Source of the DNA: Auanema rhodensis
Lineage: Eukaryota > Animalia > Nematoda
Assembly: GCA_964057225.1 (NCBI GenBank)
Contig: OZ059894.1
Location: 13,020,001 to 13,084,000, forward strand
DNA length: 64,000 nt
Reading direction: 5' to 3'
In this document: positions 56,601 through 64,000 of the stretch, one piece after another
How positions within the stretch are numbered: position 1 is the stretch's first letter
Layout of the letters: each line of letters starts with the position of its first letter
Made by a program: the position numbers and the translations under genes
The notes under the pieces: generated by a model
The model's database searches: none
What the model saw: only the letters and a program-made list of their open reading frames with translations
Told to the model about the DNA's origin: nothing

Positions 56601-59600
56601 TGATACTCAAAAAATAAAACATGAAAATATTTTAAAATTTTCCAATTCATTTTACTCTATTTTCTTCATTTAATCATGTTTCTTGGAACAATTTTAAATT
56701 TTACAATAATTTCGAAACAAATCATCCAGTTAATAATGTTTTTAACAGTAAAGTAGATATAATTTTAATTATTTTGATACTCAAAAAATAAAACATGAAA
56801 ATATTTTATAATTTTCCAATTCATTTTACTCTATTTTCTTCATTTAATCATGTTTCTTGGAACAATTTTAAATTTTTACAATAATTTCGAAACAAATCAT
56901 CCAGTTAATAATGTTTTTAACAGTAAAGAAGTTATAATTTCAAATATTTTGATACTCAAAAAAAAAAACATGAAAATATTTTATAATTTTTCAATTCATT
57001 TTACTCTATTTTCTTCATTAAATCACGTATTTTGAAACAATCTCAAATTTTTACAATAGTTTTGAAACAATTCATTCGTTCATTAAGATTTTAAACAGTG
57101 AAAAAAAAAAGTTTGAATATTTTGAAACTCAAGAAATAAAACATGAAAATATTTTATAATTTTCCAATTCATTTTACTCCATTTTCTTCATTTAATCACG
57201 TATTTTGAAACAATCTCATATTTTTACAATAGTTTTGAAACAATTCATTCGTTCATTGAGATTTGAAACATTAAAAACGATCTTAAGTTGAATTTTCTGA
57301 TACTAAAAAAATAAAACATGGAAATATTTTATAATTTTCCAATTCATTTTACTCCATTTTCTACATTTAATCACGTATTTTGAAACAATCTCAAATTTTT
57401 ACAATAGTTTTGAAACAATTCATTCGTTCATTAAGATTTTAAACAGTGAAAAAAAAAAGTTTGAATATTTTGAAACTCAAGAAATAAAACATGAAAATAT
57501 TTTATAATTTTCCAATTCATTTTACTCCATTTTCTACATTTAATCACGTATTTTGAAACAATCTCAAATTTTTACAATAGTTTTGAAACAATTCATTCGT
57601 TCATTAAGATTTTAAACAGTGAAAAAAAAAAGTTTGAATATTTTGAAACTCAAGAAATAAAACAGGAAAATATTTTATAATTTTCCAATTCATTTTACTC
57701 CATTTTCTTCATTTAATCACGTATTTTGAAACAATCTCATATTTTTGCAATAATTTCGAAACAAATCATCCAGTTAATAATGTTTTTAACAGTAAAAAAG
57801 ATATAATTTTGAATATTTTGATACTCAAGAAATAAAACATGGAAATATTTTATAATTTTCCAATTCATTTTATTCCATTTTCTTCATTTAATCACGTATT
57901 TTGAAACAATCTCAAATTTTTACAATAGTTTTGAAACAATTCATTCGTTCATTAAGATTTTAAACAGTGAAAAAAAAAGTTTGAATATTTTGATACTCAA
58001 GAAATAAAACATGAAAATATTTTATAATTTTCCAATTCATTTTACTCTATTTTCTTCATTTAATCATGTTTCTTGGAACAATTTTAAATTTTTACAATAA
58101 TTTCGAAACAAATCATTCATTTAATAATGTTTTTAACAGTAAAGAAGATATAATTTTAAATATTTTGATACTCAAAAAATAAAACATGAAAATATTTTAA
58201 AATTTTCCAATTCATTTTACTCTATTTTCTTCATTTAATCATGTTTCTTGGAACAATTTTAAATTTTACAATAATTTCGAAACAAATCATCCAGTTAATA
58301 ATGTTTTTAACAGTAAAGTAGATATAATTTTAATTATTTTGATACTCAAAAAATAAAACATGAAAATATTTTATAATTTTCCAATTCATTTTACTCTATT
58401 TTCTTCATTTAATCATGTTTCTTGGAACAATTTTAAATTTTTACAATAATTTCGAAACAAATCATCCAGTTAATAATGTTTTTAACAGTAAAGAAGTTAT
58501 AATTTCAAATATTTTGATACTCAAAAAATAAAACATGAAAATATTTTATGATTTTCCAATTCATTTTACTCTATTTTCTTCATTTAATCACGTATTTTGA
58601 AACAATCTCAAATTTTTACAATAGTTTTGAAACAATTCATTCGTTCATTAAGATTTTAAACAGTGAAAAAAAAAAGTTTGAATATTTTGAAACTCAAGAA
58701 ATAAAACATGAAAATATTTTATATTTTTCCAATTCATTTTACTCCATTTTCTTCATTTAATCACGTATTTTGAAACAATCTCATATTTTTACAATAGTTT
58801 TGAAACAATTCATTCGTTCATTAAGATTTGAAACATTAAAAACGATCTTAATTTGAATTTTCTGATACTAAGAAAATAAAACATGGAAATATTTTATAAT
58901 TTTCCAATTCATTTTACTCCATTTTCTTCATTTAATCACGTATTTTGAAACAATCTCAAATTTTTACAATAGTTTTGAAACAATTCATTCGTTCATTAAG
59001 ATTTTAAACAGTGAAAAAAAAAAGTTTGAATATTTTGAAACTCAAGAAATAAAACAGGAAAATATTTTATAATTTTCCAATTCATTTTACTCCATTTTCT
59101 TCATTTAATCACGTATTTTGAAACAATCTCATATTTTTACAATAATTTCCAAACAAATCATCCAGTTAATAATGTTTTCAACAGTAAAAAAGATATAATT
59201 TTGAATATTTTGATACTCAAGAAATAAAACATGAAAATATTTTATAATTTTCCAATTCATTTTACTCTATTTTCTTCATTTAATCACGTATTTTGAAACA
59301 ATCTCATATTTTTACAATAGTTTTGAAACAATTCATTCGTTCATTAAGATTTGAAACATTAAAAACGATCTTAATTTGAATTTTCTGATACTAAGAAAAT
59401 AAAACATGGAAATATTTTATAATTTTCCAATTCATTTTATTCCATTTTCTTCATTTAATCACGTATTTTGAAACAATCTCAAATTTTTACAATAGTTTTG
59501 AAACAATTCATTCGTTCATTAAGATTTTAAACAGTGAAAAAAAAAGTTTGAATATTTTGATACTCAAAAAATAAAACATGAAAATATTTTAAAATTTTCC

Positions 59601-62300
59601 AATTCATTTTACTCTATTTTCTTCATTTAATCATGTTTCTTGGAACAATTTTAAATTTTTACAATAATTTCGAAACAAATCATCCAGTTAATAATGTTTT
59701 TAACAGTGAAGAAGTTATAATTTCAAATATTTTGATACTCAAAAAAAAAACATGAAAATATTTTATAATTTTTCAATTCATTTTACTCTATTCTCTTCAT
59801 TAAATCACGTATTTTGAAACAATCTCAAATTTTTACAATAGTTTTGAAACAATTCATTCGTTCATTAAGATTTTAAACAGTGAAAAAAAAAAGTTTGAAT
59901 ATTTTGAAACTCAAGAAGTAAAACATGAAAATATTTTATAATTTTCCAATTCATTTTACTCCATTTTCTTCATTTAATCACGTATTTTGAAACAATCTCA
60001 TATTTTTACAATAGTTTTGAAACAATTCATTCGTTCATTGAGATTTGAAACATTAAAAACGATCTTAATTTGAATTTTCTGATACTAAGAAAATAAAACA
60101 TGGAAATATTTTATAATTTTCCAATTCATTTTATTCCATTTTCTTCATTTAATCACGTATTTTGAAACAATCTCAAATTTTTACAATAGTTTTGAAACAA
60201 TTCATTCGTTCATTAAGATTTTAAACAGTGAAAAAAAAAGTTTGAATATTTTGATACTCAAAAAATAAAACATGAAAATATTTTAAAATTTTCCAATTCA
60301 TTTTACTCTATTTTCTTCATTTAATCATGTTTCTTGGAACAATTTTAAATTTTACAATAATTTCGAAACAAATCATCCAGTTAATAATGTTTTTAACAGT
60401 AAAGTAGATATAATTTTAATTATTTTGATACTCAAAAAATAAAACATGAAAATATTTTATAATTTTCCAATTCATTTTACTCTATTTTCTTCATTTAATC
60501 ATGTTTCTTGGAACAATTTTAAATTTTTACAATAATTTCGAAACAAATCATCCAGTTAATAATGTTTTTAACAGTAAAGAAGTTATAATTTCAAATATTT
60601 TGATACTCAAAAAAAAAAACATGAAAATATTTTATAATTTTTCAATTCATTTTACTCTATTTTCTTCATTAAATCACGTATTTTGAAACAATCTCAAATT
60701 TTTACAATAGTTTTGAAACAATTCATTCGTTCATTAAGATTTTAAACAGTGAAAAAAAAAAGTTTGAATATTTTGAAACTCAAGAAATAAAACATGAAAA
60801 TATTTTATAATTTTCCAATTCATTTTACTCCATTTTCTTCATTTAATCACGTATTTTGAAACAATCTCATATTTTTACAATAGTTTTGAAACAATTCATT
60901 CGTTCATTGAGATTTGAAACATTAAAAACGATCTTAAGTTGAATTTTCTGATACTAAAAAAATAAAACATGGAAATATTTTATAATTTTCCAATTCATTT
61001 TACTCCATTTTCTTCATTTAATCACGTATTTTGAAACAATCTCATATTTTTACAATAGTTTTGAAACAATTCATTCGTTCATTGAGATTTGAAACATTAA
61101 AAACGATCTTAATTTGAATTTTCTGATACTAAGAAAATAAAACATGGAAATATTTTATAATTTTCCAATTCATTTTATTCCATTTTCTTCATTTAATCAC
61201 GTATTTTGAAACAATCTCAAATTTTTACAATAGTTTTGAAACAATTCATTCGTTCATTAAGATTTTAAACAGTGAAAAAAAAAGTTTGAATATTTTGATA
61301 CTCAAAAAATAAAACATGAAAATATTTTAAAATTTTCCAATTCATTTTACTCTATTTTCTTCATTTAATCATGTTTCTTGGAACAATTTTAAATTTTACA
61401 ATAATTTCGAAACAAATCATCCAGTTAATAATGTTTTTAACAGTAAAGTAGATATAATTTTAATTATTTTGATACTCAAAAAATAAAACATGAAAATATT
61501 TTATAATTTTCCAATTCATTTTACTCTATTTTCTTCATTTAATCATGTTTCTTGGAACAATTTTAAATTTTTACAATAATTTCGAAACAAATCATCCAGT
61601 TAATAATGTTTTTAACAGTAAAGAAGTTATAATTTCAAATATTTTGATACTCAAAAAAAAAAACATGAAAATATTTTATAATTTTTCAATTCATTTTACT
61701 CTATTTTCTTCATTAAATCACGTATTTTGAAACAATCTCAAATTTTTACAATAGTTTTGAAACAATTCATTCGTTCATTAAGATTTTAAACAGTGAAAAA
61801 AAAAAGTTTGAATATTTTGAAACTCAAGAAATAAAACATGAAAATATTTTATAATTTTCCAATTCATTTTACTCCATTTTCTTCATTTAATCACGTATTT
61901 TGAAACAATCTCATATTTTTACAATAGTTTTGAAACAATTCATTCGTTCATTGAGATTTGAAACATTAAAAACGATCTTAAGTTGAATTTTCTGATACTA
62001 AAAAAATAAAACATGGAAATATTTTATAATTTTCCAATTCATTTTACTCCATTTTCTACATTTAATCACGTATTTTGAAACAATCTCAAATTTTTACAAT
62101 AGTTTTGAAACAATTCATTCGTTCATTAAGATTTTAAACAGTGAAAAAAAAAAGTTTGAATATTTTGAAACTCAAGAAATAAAACATGAAAATATTTTAT
62201 AATTTTCCAATTCATTTTACTCCATTTCCTTCATTTAATCACGTATTTTGAAACAATCTCATATTTTTACAATAGTTTTGAAACAATTCATTCGTTCATT
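47650..62300 (-). repeat. Domain of 5-mer (869 bp) higher-order repeats nested in irregular super-units of about 5 kb
   Basis: The same monomer pair (marked by the 61-aa ORF) starts at 49548/50417, 55112/55981/56850 and 59633/60501, then 61545 (6-mer step of 1044). The 70-aa ORF marker (tttatGatt) starts at 48463, 53679 and 58548 (steps 5216 and 4869). Confidence 0.85.
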
Positions 62301-64000
62301 AAGATTTTAAACAGTGAAAAAAAAAAGTTTGAATATTTTGATACTCAAGAAATAAAACATGAAAATATTTTATAATATTCCAATTCATTTTACTCTATTT
62401 TCTTCATTTAATCACGTATTTTGAAACAATCTCATATTTTTACAATAGTTTTGAAACAATTTATTCGTTCATTAAGATTTGAAACATTGAAAACGATCTT
62501 AATTTGAATTTTCTGATACTAAGAAAATAAAACATGGAAATATTTTATAATTTTCCAATTCATTTTACTCCATTTTCTTCATTTAATCACGTATTTTGAA
62601 ACAATCTCAAATTTTTACAATAGTTTTGTAACAATTCATTCGTTCTGTAAGATTTTAAACAGTGAAAAAAAAAAGTTTAAATATTTTGATACTCAAGAAA
62701 TAAAACATGAAAATATTTTATAATTTTCCAATTCATTTTACTCCATTTTCTTCATTTAATCACGTATTTTGAAACAATCTCATATTTTTACAATAGTTTT
62801 GAAACAATTCATTCGTTCATTAAGATTTTAAACAGTGAAAAAAAAAAGTTTGAATATTTTGAAACTCAAGAAATAAAACATGAAAATATTTTATAATTTT
62901 CCAATTCATTTTACTCCATTTTCTTCATTTAATCACGTATTTTGAAACAATCTCATATTTTTACAATAGTTTTGAAACAATTCATTCGTTCATTAAGATT
63001 TTAAACAGTGAAAAAAAAAAGTTTGAATATTTTGAAACTCAAGAAATAAAACATGAAAATATTTTATAATTTTCCAATTCATTTTACTCCATTTTCTTCA
63101 TTTAATCACGTATTTTGAAACAATCTCATATTTTTACAATAGTTTTGAAACAATTCATTCGTTCATTAAGATTTGAAACATTAAAAACGATCTTAATTTG
63201 AATTTTCTGATACTAAGAAAATAAAACATGGAAATATTTTAAAATTTTCCAATTCATTTTACTCTATTTTCTTCATTTAATCATGTGTCTTGAAACAATC
63301 TCAAATTTTTACAATAGTTTTGAAACAATTCATTCGTTCATTAAGATTTTAAACAGTGAAAAAAAAAGTTTGAATATTTTGATACTCAAGAAATAAAACA
63401 TGAAAATATTTTAAAATTTTCCAATTCATTTTACTCTATTTTCTTCATTTAATTATGTTTCTTGGAACAATTTTAAATTTTACAATAATTTCGAAATAAA
63501 TAATCCAGTTAATAATGTTTTTAACAGTAAAGTAGATATAATTTTAATTTATTTGATACTCAAAAAATGAAACATGAAAATATTTTATAATTTTCCAATT
63601 CATTTTACTCTTTTTTCTTCATTTAATCACGTATTTTGAAACATACTCATATTTTTACAATAATTTCGAAACAAATCATCCAGTTAATAATGTTTTTAAC
63701 AGTAAAGAAGTTATAATTTCAAATATTTTGATACTCAAAAAATAAAACATGAAAATATTTTATAATTTTCCAATTCATTTTACTCTATTTTCTTCATTTG
63801 ATCACGTATTTTGAAACAATCTCATATTTTTACAATAGTTTTGAAACAATTCATTCGTTCATTGAGATTTGAAACATTAAAAACGATCTTAATTTGAATT
63901 TTCTGATACTAAGAAAATAAAACATGGAAATATTTTATAATTTTCCAATTCATTTTACTCCATTTTCTTCATTTAATCACGTATTTTGAAACAATCTCAT

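Larger units (their letters stand above)
8845..64000 (-). repeat. Same satellite family in the opposite orientation (about 317 monomers)
   Basis: From 8845 the sequence reads ttttacaatagttttgaaacaattcattcgttcattaag..., the reverse complement of the left-block monomer. It continues to the window end, broken only by the short patch at 16612-16680. Confidence 0.98.

Noticed and set aside
48463-58760. Three copies of a 70-aa ORF (MIFQFILLYFLHLITYF...) with a hydrophobic N-terminus
   Set aside because: The ATG comes from a single satellite variant (tttatAatt to tttatGatt). The hydrophobicity follows from T-rich codons and is not evidence of a signal peptide.
23102-61730. Eleven copies of a 61-aa ORF (MFLGTILNFYNNFETNHPV...)
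   Set aside because: It is a reading frame across about one satellite monomer. It is open only where aaaaaaTaaaac has become A11, removing a stop. The copy at 59633 has A10 and is frameshifted. The F/N/I/K-rich composition reflects AT content, and there is no recognisable domain or gene context.
8845-64000. CRISPR-like look of the repeated GTTTTGAAAC / TTTGAAAC motifs
   Set aside because: The intervening sequences are themselves repeated rather than unique spacers, the period is about 174 bp, and there are no cas genes or leader.
1-64000. Homopolymers apparently capped at 10 nt as a sequencing artefact
   Set aside because: A11, T11 and A12 tracts occur (for example 23210, 4450, 43906), and A9 versus A10 tracks consistently with monomer type.
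1-64000. Assignment to a named satellite (primate alpha satellite, Arabidopsis CEN180, insect or nematode 170-180 bp families), rDNA, tRNA or telomeric repeat
   Set aside because: The monomer length is similar to several families, but I do not recognise the sequence. The GC content is far lower than alpha satellite or CEN180, and no RNA-gene or telomere motifs are visible. A BLAST, Dfam or Repbase search is required.

Overview
The whole 64-kb window is one AT-rich (about 20% GC by hand count of the first monomer) tandem satellite array with a 172-175 bp monomer (about 370 copies). This is typical of eukaryotic centromeric, pericentromeric or subtelomeric heterochromatin; I cannot assign the species or family. 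I see no credible protein-coding gene, RNA gene, transposon or CRISPR array, and all 14 ORFs in the track are chance reading frames through satellite monomers. The interesting content is architectural. (1) The array switches strand at about 8845-8847, at a TTT microhomology. (2) Three monomer classes share a near-invariant core and form a patchwork of higher-order repeats and multi-kb near-identical duplications (periods or offsets of 869, 2261/2433, 2787 twice, 5392, 6105, 13570 and about 36530 bp). (3) A unique 61-bp pure A/T insert at 16615-16675 is flanked by an 11-bp direct repeat. (4) A length-conserving homopolymer-converted monomer occurs in both orientations. The two scrambled patches each lie within about 70 bp of a rearrangement junction, so they are either error-prone repair scars or assembly-join artefacts, and raw reads are needed to decide. 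Block boundaries were read by eye from diagnostic variants and are approximate.
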